DNA of 27,173 nucleotides, taken from the IMG/VR virus record IMGVR_UViG_3300044453_000070, positions 1 to 27,173 of that record; one strand, written 5' to 3'. Shown piece by piece: positions 1 through 8,702 of the stretch. Within the stretch, counting starts at the first letter, position 1, and every line of letters begins with the position of its first letter. A program made the position numbers and the translations under genes. Under the pieces are notes generated by a model, which was given only the letters and a program-made list of their open reading frames with translations, searched no databases and was not told the DNA's origin. The DNA is from a virus (taxonomy: Duplodnaviria; Caudoviricetes).

Positions 1-131
<131 letters not shown>

Positions 132-174
132 TCCGCCCCTCTCCAACCGCTGCCCAGGGCCGCGCAGGAAAGCG

Positions 175-762
175 ATGACCCCGCTCGTCTATTTCGTCAG
201 GCATGGACAGACCGACTGGAACGCCGAGCTGCGCTTCCAGGGCCAGCACGAGGTCGACATCAACGCCACCGGGCGCGCCCAGGCGGCGCGCAACGGCCGC
301 CGCCTGCGCGAGCTGCTCGACCGTCCCTACGCCTTCGACTTCGTCGCGAGCCCGATGCGCCGCACACGCGAGACCATGGAGATCGTCCGCGGCGAGCTTG
401 GCCTGCCGGCCGGCGGCTACCGCGTCGACCCGCGGCTGGTCGAGGTCCATTTCGGCGACTGGCAGGGGATGACGATCGAGGAGATCGAGCGCGTCTTCCC
501 CGGCGCGGGCGCCACGCGGGAGAAGGACAAGTGGGGCTTCCTGCCGCCCGGCGAGGCGGCCGAGAACTACGTCATGCTGTCGGAGCGCATCAGCCCCTGG
601 CTCTCTGCCCTCGACCGCGACACGGTCTGCGTCACCCATGGCGGCGTCGTGCGCGCCATCTTCCTGCTCACCGGCCACGTCACCCGCGCCGAGGCCGAGG
701 TCATGAACGTGCCGCAGGACCGCATCCTGCGCTTTTTCCAGGGCCGGCTCGACTGGCTCTGA
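175..762 (+). CDS. histidine phosphatase (phosphoglycerate mutase) family protein
   Basis: RHGQTDWN catalytic motif, SPMRR, E-x-x-FGDWQG, VTHGG; host-like high-GC codons. Confidence 0.9.
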   Translation: MTPLVYFVRHGQTDWNAELRFQGQHEVDINATGRAQAARNGRRLRELLDRPYAFDFVASPMRRTRETMEIVRGELGLPAGGYRVDPRLVEVHFGDWQGMTIEEIERVFPGAGATREKDKWGFLPPGEAAENYVMLSERISPWLSALDRDTVCVTHGGVVRAIFLLTGHVTRAEAEVMNVPQDRILRFFQGRLDWL

Positions 763-813
763 ACAGGCCGCGGCCGCGCCCTCCGCGGCGACGCGGCCCG
801 TTCTTGAACTGGC

Positions 814-1062
814 CTATTCGTAGACCACCATGTCGGTGATCTGGTTCACCTCGCCCACCTTGTCGAAGTTGATGACGATCTCCGCGCCCGGCTCGATGCC
901 CGCGAGGTCCACCTCGCCCGGCAGCTTGAAGCTCTTGCCGTCCTCCAGCGTGATGGTCAGCTTCTCCTCGTCGACGCTCTTGATGCGTCCTTCGGTCTGG
1001 TCCGCGAAGGCGGGCGCGGCGGCGAACAGGATCAAGGCCAGGGCCGGAAGCATGGTGCGCAT
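814..1062 (-). CDS. small exported protein, DUF1344-like
   Basis: ATG 1062 after AGAGGA; signal peptide MRTMLPALALILFAAAPAFA then EGRIKSVD..TITLEDGKSFKLP. Confidence 0.75.
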   Translation of the reverse strand: MRTMLPALALILFAAAPAFADQTEGRIKSVDEEKLTITLEDGKSFKLPGEVDLAGIEPGAEIVINFDKVGEVNQITDMVVYE

Positions 1063-1127
1063 GGGGTGTCCTCTGCTGGGGCGTCCGCTCTTCGGCGGAT
1101 CGGTTGAACGCGTCGATCGAGAGAACC

Positions 1128-1183
1128 AGTAACAGACGCATTGTGTCAAAACTAGCAACGGTTTGTTTAGGCATTGATTTAGC
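1128..1183. other. probable attachment junction region; core not resolvable
   Basis: AT-rich gap between host gene leader and integrase stop; second att copy is outside the window. Confidence 0.35.
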
Positions 1184-2260
1184 CTACTTTTCAGAACTCG
1201 ATTTCCGCGACTGTCCAAGGTGCGGCCTTGAGTTGTTTGCAATCCGCTCCGCCGCCGCCCGCGCCATGCGTGCCCGGTCGGCCGCCTTGGTGTAGACCTC
1301 GGCCATTGCGCTGCGTCGCCATCCGAACATCGCCATCAGTTCGTGGACAGTCGCTCCATTCTCTGCGGCAATGGTCGCGCCGGCCTTGCGCAGCCCGTGC
1401 GGTGTACATGCGGCCGGAAGACCGGCGTCCTTCACCTGTCGTGCAAACCAGACATAGAACGCCTGCCCTGTGGGGAATGGCTCCCCTTTGCGGTTGGTGA
1501 GAAAGATCAGGCTGCCGGTCTGCGTCGCTTCGATCGATGCCGCGAGTTCGGGGAAGATCGGTATGGTGATCAGTTCGCCATTCTTGCCGGCGCGGATTGA
1601 CAGGATGCCGTCGCGGACGTGCTGCTTGCCTACCTTCACCACGTCGCTACGACGCAGACCGGTAAAAAGTAGAAGGTCTAGCGCCAGCCTAGCCTTGCTG
1701 CCGACCGGGTGGTGAGCGCGGTACTGCTCGACCTCCTCCGGCGTCCATGAGTGGTGGCCGATAATCTTGGTGCGGTTCGGGTCGACTGTATCGCAGGGGT
1801 TCGCTTCGACGTGGCCGTTCTCCTTTGCCCAGCGGAACAGAACCGTCATAGCCACAAGGAAGTTGTTCGCCGAGTGCGGCGGGCGCCGGTCCATGGCGTC
1901 GATGATGTGCTTGCGGCTGATCTTGGCAAAGGGCTTATCCCCGGCTGCGCGGCAGATCGCCTCCATGATGTGGTCGCGGCTGACCTGCGTGCTCTTGGCC
2001 AGCGCCTTGTAGTGACCGCTTGCCTTGTAGCGGTCTACAAGCCAGCGCAACGAACTTTTGTCAGGGTTGCCCAGCGGCGCTGCAACAGGCATGCCGACCA
2101 GCGCACGGGCGTAGGCGGCAAGGTATTCCGGGGAGCCGTATGGCTCTGGCAAGCGGATGCGCGGGCCACCTGGCCGCCGGAAGTACCAGACGGTTTTCCC
2201 GTGCCGGGTGACTTCTCGGCGCTCAAAAAGGCGGCGTCTTCTGGGCATGACCTCGGTCAA
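1184..2260 (-). CDS. int: tyrosine recombinase / phage integrase
   Basis: TGLRRSD (R), K in RAGKNG, HGLRK (HxxR), MFGW, EVY catalytic Tyr; TTG start overlaps upstream stop (alternative ATG 2248). Confidence 0.95.
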   Translation of the reverse strand: MTEVMPRRRRLFERREVTRHGKTVWYFRRPGGPRIRLPEPYGSPEYLAAYARALVGMPVAAPLGNPDKSSLRWLVDRYKASGHYKALAKSTQVSRDHIMEAICRAAGDKPFAKISRKHIIDAMDRRPPHSANNFLVAMTVLFRWAKENGHVEANPCDTVDPNRTKIIGHHSWTPEEVEQYRAHHPVGSKARLALDLLLFTGLRRSDVVKVGKQHVRDGILSIRAGKNGELITIPIFPELAASIEATQTGSLIFLTNRKGEPFPTGQAFYVWFARQVKDAGLPAACTPHGLRKAGATIAAENGATVHELMAMFGWRRSAMAEVYTKAADRARMARAAAERIANNSRPHLGQSRKSSSEK

Positions 2261-2439
2261 AGCCGGATGTCCTCTTCCTCGTCAAGGCGACCAGCGCCCC
2301 GTGGACTGTCAGTGGGGATATCGGGGATAAGACGAACAACCGTCTTGCCAACTACGATTTCCGGTACAAAGCCCGCTTTGCGGGCGCCTTCGCAAATTGC
2401 CCTGATCTGGCGTTGTGACAGGTCAAGGGCGCGGCTCAT
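2257..2439 (-). CDS. small protein upstream of integrase (possible excisionase)
   Basis: 60 aa MSRALDLSQRQIRAICEG..; stop/start overlaps on both sides; role inferred from position only. Confidence 0.55.
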   Translation of the reverse strand: MSRALDLSQRQIRAICEGARKAGFVPEIVVGKTVVRLIPDIPTDSPRGAGRLDEEEDIRL

Positions 2440-2912
2440 GGCAGTTCCCGGATGAACTCGGCCAGTTCGCTCTCTAACCGAAACCACTCCCCCGTTGTAC
2501 GAAGAGCCGCAAACTTCCGGTGCAACTCGCGCTCAAGGGCGTGACCGTTGTCGTCGTAGACTGTCGCTAGCAATTCCAACGGCTCTGGATTGGCGGCCTG
2601 CAACGCGCGAAGCCTTTTCTCAACGTTGCCAGCCTTGCCGATCTTGACGAAATCGCCACGCCGAATGAAGTACACATAACATGCGCCCATCTTCGAGAGA
2701 GGCGCAGATTGCCTTGCCTCGTATTCTTCTAGCGCCTCCGCTGTAACGCGCCAAAGAGTTCCGATGCGAAACGCAGCGAGTTCGCCATCCTCAATCAACT
2801 TCACCACAAAGCGCGGCCTAACGTTCCAGCGCTCGGCGAGCATGGCTGGCGTCATCACGCGCGGTTCGCTCGCGCGGACTTGGCGCTCTGTGATGTCAAG
2901 GGCGGGGGTCAT
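2436..2912 (-). CDS. excisionase-type HTH fused to GIY-YIG-like (T5orf172/MUG113-type) nuclease
   Basis: MTPAMLAERWNV..GELAAFRIGTLWRV then YVYFIR..VKIGKA..RLRALQ..LERELHRKF..GEWF; RBS GGAGG. Confidence 0.8.
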   Translation of the reverse strand: MTPALDITERQVRASEPRVMTPAMLAERWNVRPRFVVKLIEDGELAAFRIGTLWRVTAEALEEYEARQSAPLSKMGACYVYFIRRGDFVKIGKAGNVEKRLRALQAANPEPLELLATVYDDNGHALERELHRKFAALRTTGEWFRLESELAEFIRELP

Positions 2913-3108
2913 CTGAGGCCTCCACACAAGTCTCGCCATCGGGGAAATGCAGAGGGCACGAGAGGTTGTAGACAAAGACCGTCTCGTCATTCTCATCCTT
3001 GACGCCACCGAGATAGCCGCGCCCTTGATAGTTATCGATGACAGGGCATTTGCATCCGAGCGTTCTAGCCCACGCGCTTCCGGGATTGGGTGTCTTAGCC
3101 GTGGTCAT
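2896..3108 (-). CDS. hypothetical phage protein (Cys/His motifs)
   Basis: 70 aa MTTAKTPNPGS..GCKCPVIDN..CPLH; RBS GGAGG. Confidence 0.65.
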   Translation of the reverse strand: MTTAKTPNPGSAWARTLGCKCPVIDNYQGRGYLGGVKDENDETVFVYNLSCPLHFPDGETCVEASDDPRP

Positions 3109-3283
3109 CTGCGGCCTCCAGTGCGGTCCACCGCCAGTACTTATTGCAGTGGCCCCAGCGCCGAACCTCGCAGATCGAGCCTTCCGGGCCTGTGTAAACA
3201 TACCGGCCTTCTTCTCGTTCGCACGCGGTCACAGGCAAAAGCATGGCGGCTGCCAGGATTGCTCTTGTCAGCTTGCCCATCAC
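3095..3283 (-). CDS. small putative lipoprotein
   Basis: MMGKLTRAILAAAMLLPVTA-C: basic N-region, hydrophobic stretch, lipobox-like VTAC. Confidence 0.6.
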   Translation of the reverse strand: MMGKLTRAILAAAMLLPVTACEREEGRYVYTGPEGSICEVRRWGHCNKYWRWTALEAADDHG

Positions 3284-3831
3284 GCGCCTCCCTTGATGGC
3301 GGCGCGGGCGTTGCGGAAATCGCCATGGTTTGCAAACGCGCCATGTAAGATAGTTCGATGCCGAGAAACGACATCAGCGGCATCATCAATGCTATCAAAC
3401 AGCCCCAAGTGGCGTTGCTTATTGTTGTGCGTTATGTACGCAACCCATTTGCCGGTGGCCTTGTGCCAACCGACACCCTTCACACCCGACTTGTTGTCTT
3501 TCCTAAGCCGATGGTTGCGGGTGTTTTCTTGATGAGTCGACAATCGAAGGTTTGCTATTCTATTGTCTGCCCGGTCTCCGTTTACGTGATCGATCTGCAT
3601 GCCGGGTGGAGGCATGGAGCCATACGTAAAAAGCCACGCTACGTGGTGCGCGCGGTATCTGGTCGAGCCAACCCAAAGAAAAACATACCCGTTGCCGGCT
3701 TCCGAGGCGGCAACGCCGCTTTTCCGCCGACCTGGTCCTCCATCTCTGGTCCAGTGGAACAAACCACTTCCAGCGTCGTATCGGAGGTCCAATCGTAGCT
3801 TGGCCAGCAATTTTCTATCTGTGTCTTTCAT
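3280..3831 (-). CDS. HNH endonuclease with AP2-like C-terminal domain
   Basis: YRAHHVAW..IDHVNGDRADNRIANLR and SGVKGVGW..KWVAYI..HLGLF; ATG at 3831. Confidence 0.9.
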   Translation of the reverse strand: MKDTDRKLLAKLRLDLRYDAGSGLFHWTRDGGPGRRKSGVAASEAGNGYVFLWVGSTRYRAHHVAWLFTYGSMPPPGMQIDHVNGDRADNRIANLRLSTHQENTRNHRLRKDNKSGVKGVGWHKATGKWVAYITHNNKQRHLGLFDSIDDAADVVSRHRTILHGAFANHGDFRNARAAIKGGA

Positions 3832-3832
3832 C

Positions 3833-4207
3833 TCAATTGCCCAGAGTCGTCTTAGCAATGCGCTTGTTGCGCTGTGGGTCCAAAGCGTTTTCAATGTCAT
3901 CGCTGTCGGCGATATTGCTCAGGGCCGCCTTCAACCGATCGATCTCTTCCATCGCCTCATCCCGTTCCGCCACAAGGGCGGCGAAAGTGGCGGGGTCGAT
4001 CAGTTTGTAGCCGCCCGCAAAACCGTGCTCCGATCCGTACTCCAATGCTGAGACGAAATAGTCTGCGGCCTTCTCTCTTTGCCCGCATCCGATCCCGCTT
4101 CGAGGGCAAAACCCCGCCTCATCGGCGCAGTCGCGACAACGCCCGCCGTACTTGACCAGAAAATCAATCAGCGCGTCTCTCGCCGGCTTCATCTCAATCT
4201 CGTTCAT
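3833..4207 (-). CDS. hypothetical phage protein
   Basis: MNEIEMKPARD.., CRDC..C..C cluster and coiled-coil tail; fits operon packing. Confidence 0.6.
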   Translation of the reverse strand: MNEIEMKPARDALIDFLVKYGGRCRDCADEAGFCPRSGIGCGQREKAADYFVSALEYGSEHGFAGGYKLIDPATFAALVAERDEAMEEIDRLKAALSNIADSDDIENALDPQRNKRIAKTTLGN

Positions 4208-4652
4208 TCGCGCGTTCCTCGCTATAGGTTGGCGGTGCGTAGACACTCCCGGCTGGGACATAGAATGACCGGCGGGGAGGCATGGGCTTGTCGGCTCGGG
4301 CGGGCTTCTCTCGCTTGGGGAAGCCTTTCGCTGCTATCTTCTGCTTGGGAGCGGTGATGCCCTTGTCCTTGGCGCTTTGACGCCTGGCCTTGGCTATCTT
4401 CTTGATGTCGTCGTTCGTCTTGCCATCCGGGCCGCGATGGCAGCAGAAGCCCAGAAGCTGGCCGTCCGCAAGGGTAAGCTTAACCTGCTTGTCGGCGTCG
4501 GGGCGAAGTGCTTCCGCAATGCGGTGGTCGATCTCATATGCGCCCTTCTTCAGGGCAAGGCCACACCGCTCACAGTGCACGACGCCATCAATCATGGCGC
4601 GCTCAACTATAGCCTCTTTCTGCGCCCTTGTGAACTCGCGGCGCTTGGTCAT
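4194..4652 (-). CDS. HNH-family endonuclease
   Basis: RREFT..CERCG..YEIDH..QLLGFCCH..KT pattern. Confidence 0.8.
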   Translation of the reverse strand: MTKRREFTRAQKEAIVERAMIDGVVHCERCGLALKKGAYEIDHRIAEALRPDADKQVKLTLADGQLLGFCCHRGPDGKTNDDIKKIAKARRQSAKDKGITAPKQKIAAKGFPKREKPARADKPMPPRRSFYVPAGSVYAPPTYSEERANERD

Positions 4653-4825
4653 GTCGATGTACCGCGCATCAGATCAAACTCGATTGCCGCTTGATATGCC
4701 ACACCAGCCACGACACCAATCGCCAACGGCAGCAAGTCGGCGCGGCCAGAGCTGATATACATGCCTATGGAGAACCACAGCCAAAGGCATAGAATGCGGT
4801 CAATGATGGTGAACCGAACCGTCAC
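4649..4825 (-). CDS. small membrane protein (58 aa, not in ORF track)
   Basis: GTG start after GAAGGAG; (M)TVRFTIIDRILCLWLWFSIGMYISSGRADLLPLAIGVVAGVAY..; overlaps both neighbours by 4 nt. Confidence 0.6.
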   Translation of the reverse strand: MTVRFTIIDRILCLWLWFSIGMYISSGRADLLPLAIGVVAGVAYQAAIEFDLMRGTST

Positions 4826-5001
4826 TGTCCCATCTCCTTCCTGTGCTCCTTCACAAACGCCGCAAGCGCCTTCTCCAGCGCCCGTTCCAACACTCTGGCC
4901 ACGATCTCAGGGCTTTGTGTTAGAACCGCGTGTGCGGGCGAAGGTACGACGCTAGGGGAGCGGCGGGTGTATGCGCGGACGTGCTGAAGCTTCTGAGTCA
5001 C
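4822..5001 (-). CDS. hypothetical phage protein
   Basis: GTG start overlapping ninB stop; (M)TQKLQHVRAYTRR.. Confidence 0.55.
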   Translation of the reverse strand: MTQKLQHVRAYTRRSPSVVPSPAHAVLTQSPEIVARVLERALEKALAAFVKEHRKEMGQ

Positions 5002-5408
5002 GCTGCCTTCTCCATGAATCCACCGCGCACGGTATCTGTCCACTCGACGCCATGACGCGCGCCATACTCGCTGATGCACTCCATCAGGTCCGACATCTGC
5101 CGAACCGTGAGGTTCGATGAGCGGAAGCCAAGCGGGAACGGGCCGGAGCCATCCAAGCCTTCACAGAACCGCACCTGATGGCCGAGAAGGTGCATGAACG
5201 CCGCTTTCCATGTCTCGGGTGTCCAGTGCCTTCCCTCGGGCTTGGCGTTGGCCACATCGGTCAGCATGGCCCATAGGCGCGCATTCTGATCCAGCGATCT
5301 CGTGCGGGGCTTGATCTCCACACGGTAATCGTCCGGCGCCTTCATGATCGCCTCACAGGCGCGAAGGCGTACGTTGTGGTTCACTAGGCAGAATGTGAGC
5401 TTGTCCAT
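4998..5408 (-). CDS. ninB: NinB/Orf-family recombination accessory protein
   Basis: VEIKPRTRSLDQNARLWAMLTDVA..WK..F..SS.LTVRQMSDLMECISEYGARHGVEW. Confidence 0.9.
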   Translation of the reverse strand: MDKLTFCLVNHNVRLRACEAIMKAPDDYRVEIKPRTRSLDQNARLWAMLTDVANAKPEGRHWTPETWKAAFMHLLGHQVRFCEGLDGSGPFPLGFRSSNLTVRQMSDLMECISEYGARHGVEWTDTVRGGFMEKAA

Positions 5409-5432
5409 GGTTCCCGCCTTGGATTGCGTATA

Positions 5433-5564
5433 TCAGCCAATATACAATGCAAGCGCCATAAATATGTGGTAGAAAACCCAAACGACGCCAACCACGAGCG
5501 AGACGGAAAGGAACAACCCTAATACTACCGAGTAGAACAGTGGAGGCTCTCGAAATCTGAACAT
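5433..5564 (-). CDS. small single-pass membrane protein
   Basis: 43 aa hydrophobic ORF after AAGGA. Confidence 0.45.
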   Translation of the reverse strand: MFRFREPPLFYSVVLGLFLSVSLVVGVVWVFYHIFMALALYIG

Positions 5565-5568
5565 ATCC

Positions 5569-5961
5569 TTATCTCCATTCCATGAGGAACGGGATTTCGT
5601 CCGAAAGCTCGTCCCGCTGCCCATACGACCCAGCCGGCTCCTGCCTGCGTGCGGGCGCGTCTGACTGAGGCTTGCCGCCCATCAGCGTCACGTCGTTTAC
5701 GCGCACCATGAGGTACGTCTTGCCGTCGTGCTCGCGCTTACCGAAATCGCCGGAGACGACAACCTGGGTGGCCTTCGTCAGGTGTTGCTCTAGAGCCTGG
5801 CCGCGAGTGCCGAACATCGAGCAGTCGAAGAACATGGCCTTCTTCGAGGCTCCATAGCCATCATCTACGGCGACGGAGAAGTTCATGACAGGCGTTCCAT
5901 CCTGTAGCCTGCGCAGTTCGGCGTCCTTGGTCAGTCGGCCTGCGATGGTAATTGCCTTCAT
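5569..5961 (-). CDS. ssb: single-stranded DNA-binding protein
   Basis: IAGRLTKDAELR..NFSVAV..; acidic DEIPF tail followed by a short extension. Confidence 0.93.
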   Translation of the reverse strand: MKAITIAGRLTKDAELRRLQDGTPVMNFSVAVDDGYGASKKAMFFDCSMFGTRGQALEQHLTKATQVVVSGDFGKREHDGKTYLMVRVNDVTLMGGKPQSDAPARRQEPAGSYGQRDELSDEIPFLMEWR

Positions 5962-5973
5962 GGTGTGGGTTCC

Positions 5974-6774
5974 TTATCCTGCGCTCACGTTCTGAGCGTA
6001 TGTGTTGGTACGGAGTTTGTTGATGACGCTGTCGGCGTTGACGCGGGACGGAGCATCTCCGGGGAAGCCGTCATCCTTGCCGAGTGTTTCGCGACGGCTG
6101 GCGAACTTGGGCTTGGCCATGTCGGTGTAGTCCTTCGTCCAGCCGTCCCGTTCCATGATCGCGGCCCAAATCTTGGCGCACTTGTTCACGTCAGCGACGC
6201 TGTGGCAGTCGGTCAGGTCGGCATCGATAGCCTCAAGCCCGCGCTTCATCTCGGCCGCGCTGACAGGCTTCTTCGGCTCTTCCTTCGGTGCATCCTGGCG
6301 CGGTGGCGCGCTCTGCTGCGCCTCGTTGGCCCGGAGTTCGGCGAGGTACTTGCTGTCGTCGTAGCGGCCCATGAAGATGTCACCGGCAAACCCTATCATC
6401 GAGAGCGCCTTGACCAGCGCATCCGTGACGGACTTCTTCGGCGCGTCTTCGTCGGTGAACGGCTTGCCACTCGACCGCAGACCTGAAAACTGCGTGCCTC
6501 CAACGTGCTCGACTTCGCCTCGTTCACCGCCCCACTTATACCACACTTTGACGCGGGCAATGTGGAGTTTTTCGCCGCCAGCGCCTTCTTCAATGCGCTC
6601 GTCTTCGATGGTGAAGCCCCAGCCAATACCGATGGGGCCGAACGTCTCCGTCGCCTTGTGGACGAGGTAATGCGGCTTCGGCGAATTGCCGCTGTACGAC
6701 TTGCCGACGATCTTCTTCGTCTGGTTCTCTGGCGTCCGCTCGACGCGGTTCCATAGTGCTAGGTTGTCACTCAT
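5974..6774 (-). CDS. probable Rad52/Sak-like single-strand annealing protein
   Basis: ATETFGPIGIGWG..DEDAPKKSVTDALVKALSMIGFAGDIFMG; adjacent to ssb and ninB. Confidence 0.75.
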   Translation of the reverse strand: MSDNLALWNRVERTPENQTKKIVGKSYSGNSPKPHYLVHKATETFGPIGIGWGFTIEDERIEEGAGGEKLHIARVKVWYKWGGERGEVEHVGGTQFSGLRSSGKPFTDEDAPKKSVTDALVKALSMIGFAGDIFMGRYDDSKYLAELRANEAQQSAPPRQDAPKEEPKKPVSAAEMKRGLEAIDADLTDCHSVADVNKCAKIWAAIMERDGWTKDYTDMAKPKFASRRETLGKDDGFPGDAPSRVNADSVINKLRTNTYAQNVSAG

Positions 6775-6991
6775 CGTCCTGTCCTTTAAGGGGCGTCCAC
6801 ATTGGGCAAAGACCCCCGTTAATGTGTACGCATCGCATGTGCGGCTCTTCCGATGCCCACACCTTCGGCGCTACGAACCCGCCGCCTTCAACGCGCGGGA
6901 ACTTGAGGCATACCCACGACGCAGGAGAACGCTTGCGGCTGTTGGGCTCTACGTTGTCGCAGTCTTCACAGTAGGTGTAGGCGCGGGTCAT
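6767..6991 (-). CDS. hypothetical Cys-rich protein
   Basis: CEDC..C..C..NGGLC; operon packing. Confidence 0.6.
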   Translation of the reverse strand: MTRAYTYCEDCDNVEPNSRKRSPASWVCLKFPRVEGGGFVAPKVWASEEPHMRCVHINGGLCPMWTPLKGQDDE

Positions 6992-7249
6992 CTACATGCT
7001 CCGCAGTCTGCGTATCTGCCTGATCGCAAACCGTGCCTTGTCTCGTTGATCTGCTGCATAGGCCATGTCGCCCTCACGCTGTGCCGCAATGGCTCGGGAA
7101 CGGCAGCCTGATGCGTGTCTGGCCCATTCGGTGATGACTGGTGCCAGGTTGCGCTCTCGCTCTGCACGGGCGGTTTCCCAGCCTCGACGGAAGTATGCCG
7201 AGAGAGCGGCTATCTGTGCGCGGTCGTGATTGAAGGGGGCGTTCATCAA
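6992..7249 (-). CDS. hypothetical phage protein
   Basis: 85 aa, abuts neighbours. Confidence 0.55.
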   Translation of the reverse strand: MMNAPFNHDRAQIAALSAYFRRGWETARAERERNLAPVITEWARHASGCRSRAIAAQREGDMAYAADQRDKARFAIRQIRRLRSM

Positions 7250-7662
7250 TCAACGCCCTTGATGACAAGGACAAAAGCGTCAGGTTCATCCACTGTTGAG
7301 ACGACCGCTCGACCGCTGTTGTTCCCATACTCGCTTACCCAAAGTGGCGTGCGGTGGTGCATGGTAAACTCACCACCCTTGTATCCATCGAAGATCGAAC
7401 CAAGGGCGGATTCGCATTCGGACAAGAACTGTCTCACCGTGACCGGTGCCGAAACAGGACTAAACGCCAAGTCCTCGTAGTACCCCCGATAGCTCCCGGC
7501 ATTACCGGGCGCTTGCGTGGTATCGTCGCTACAGACAACCTGCTTGCTAGGATGAGACGCACGCAGGGCGTCGATCATTTCGCCGAGCGTGACGTGATAG
7601 TTGGATCGCTCCGCAGCCATGCTTTTCGACATGGCGTCTATGATTTTCTGAATGTCCATCAT
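7246..7662 (-). CDS. hypothetical phage protein
   Basis: RBS AGGAGAG; TLGEMIDAL..SYRGYYEDLAF..FDGYKGGEFTM. Confidence 0.7.
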   Translation of the reverse strand: MMDIQKIIDAMSKSMAAERSNYHVTLGEMIDALRASHPSKQVVCSDDTTQAPGNAGSYRGYYEDLAFSPVSAPVTVRQFLSECESALGSIFDGYKGGEFTMHHRTPLWVSEYGNNSGRAVVSTVDEPDAFVLVIKGVD

Positions 7663-7669
7663 CTCTCTC

Positions 7670-7792
7670 CTACACAAACGCCCAAAAGGCGGCGACGAGC
7701 AGAACGGCCATCGTCACGATTGCGCTGACGACATCGCGAAGGGTGTGCGTGTCTTCGGGGGCGGGGAACATCTCGTGGAGTTCCATGGTCAT
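7670..7792 (-). CDS. 40-aa membrane peptide (not in ORF track)
   Basis: RBS GAGGAG; MTMELHEMFPAPEDTHTLRDVVSAIVTMAVLLVAAFWAFV. Confidence 0.5.
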   Translation of the reverse strand: MTMELHEMFPAPEDTHTLRDVVSAIVTMAVLLVAAFWAFV

Positions 7793-8085
7793 TCTCCTCT
7801 CAGTTTGGCGAGGGTGGCGCGGGCGCGGCGAAGGTCGCCGTAGGTCAGGTTGACGTCGTCAAAGCCCCACAGCGGCCGATCATCTGGCTTGGTGTCGTTC
7901 ATCACCCACCCGTCTTTATGAACATAGAAAACGGCATCGGCGAGCGCCCGAATGGGGGCCAATGCCTTCTCACACTCATCCAGAATGGCGGCAGCAGAGC
8001 GGAGCGACGGCTTGATGTCTGCGCCATAGGGGCCAAGGTCATGTTCGTTTGCGATGTCGCGCAGTTCGTCCGAATGCTTACTCAT
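7789..8085 (-). CDS. hypothetical phage protein
   Basis: MSKHSDELRDIA..LTYGDLRRARATLAK; overlapping neighbours. Confidence 0.6.
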   Translation of the reverse strand: MSKHSDELRDIANEHDLGPYGADIKPSLRSAAAILDECEKALAPIRALADAVFYVHKDGWVMNDTKPDDRPLWGFDDVNLTYGDLRRARATLAKLRGE

Positions 8086-8356
8086 CGCATCCCCCAATCC
8101 CACACGCGGTGTCATCGAACATGTAGTCGCGGACGGCAGGGCCAGCGCAGTCATGCACATTGATCGGCCGGACATTGGACAGCAGCCTGTCGAGCGTATA
8201 GCGCATGTTCTGTACCTGCCATGCGATGGTGTCGACGGCGTACTCATTGACGCCAGCGGATCGCTTGAGGATGGCGATGTTGGCGTCGATCACGGCCATA
8301 TGCCGGCGCATCATGTCGGCGTCGTGAGAGGCGCCAGTGAGGGTGTGAGCGTTCAT
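8078..8356 (-). CDS. hypothetical phage protein
   Basis: MNAHTLTG.. after GAGGA. Confidence 0.55.
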   Translation of the reverse strand: MNAHTLTGASHDADMMRRHMAVIDANIAILKRSAGVNEYAVDTIAWQVQNMRYTLDRLLSNVRPINVHDCAGPAVRDYMFDDTACGIGGCDE

Positions 8357-8357
8357 G

Positions 8358-8693
8358 TCAGGCGTCCTCGTTTTCAGGGTCAAACACCCACGTTTCTGAA
8401 CAAAGATCGCAGAAGTCAGACCAGAATGGCCATGAGTGGATGCTGCGGTCGTCGGGCGCGGCTAACCAGCAAAGATTGAACCAACGAGCCAAGCCTGCGT
8501 TATCCCGGTCGTCGCGCAATCGCGTCAGCATGGCGAGAAAGACCTGATCGTGATAGGTTGCATCCAAGCCGATGCCGTCGCTCCACCAGTGTTCACCAAG
8601 CGGCGCGCCTGCCCGGTCGAAGATATCTACGATCTTGTCCCAGTTCCTATCGACAAGAGTCCACCAGTCGTTAGCAGTCTTGATCGTCGCCAT
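8358..8693 (-). CDS. hypothetical Trp-rich phage protein
   Basis: RBS AGGAGGA; 111 aa. Confidence 0.65.
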   Translation of the reverse strand: MATIKTANDWWTLVDRNWDKIVDIFDRAGAPLGEHWWSDGIGLDATYHDQVFLAMLTRLRDDRDNAGLARWFNLCWLAAPDDRSIHSWPFWSDFCDLCSETWVFDPENEDA

Positions 8694-8702
8694 CTCGTCC
8701 TC

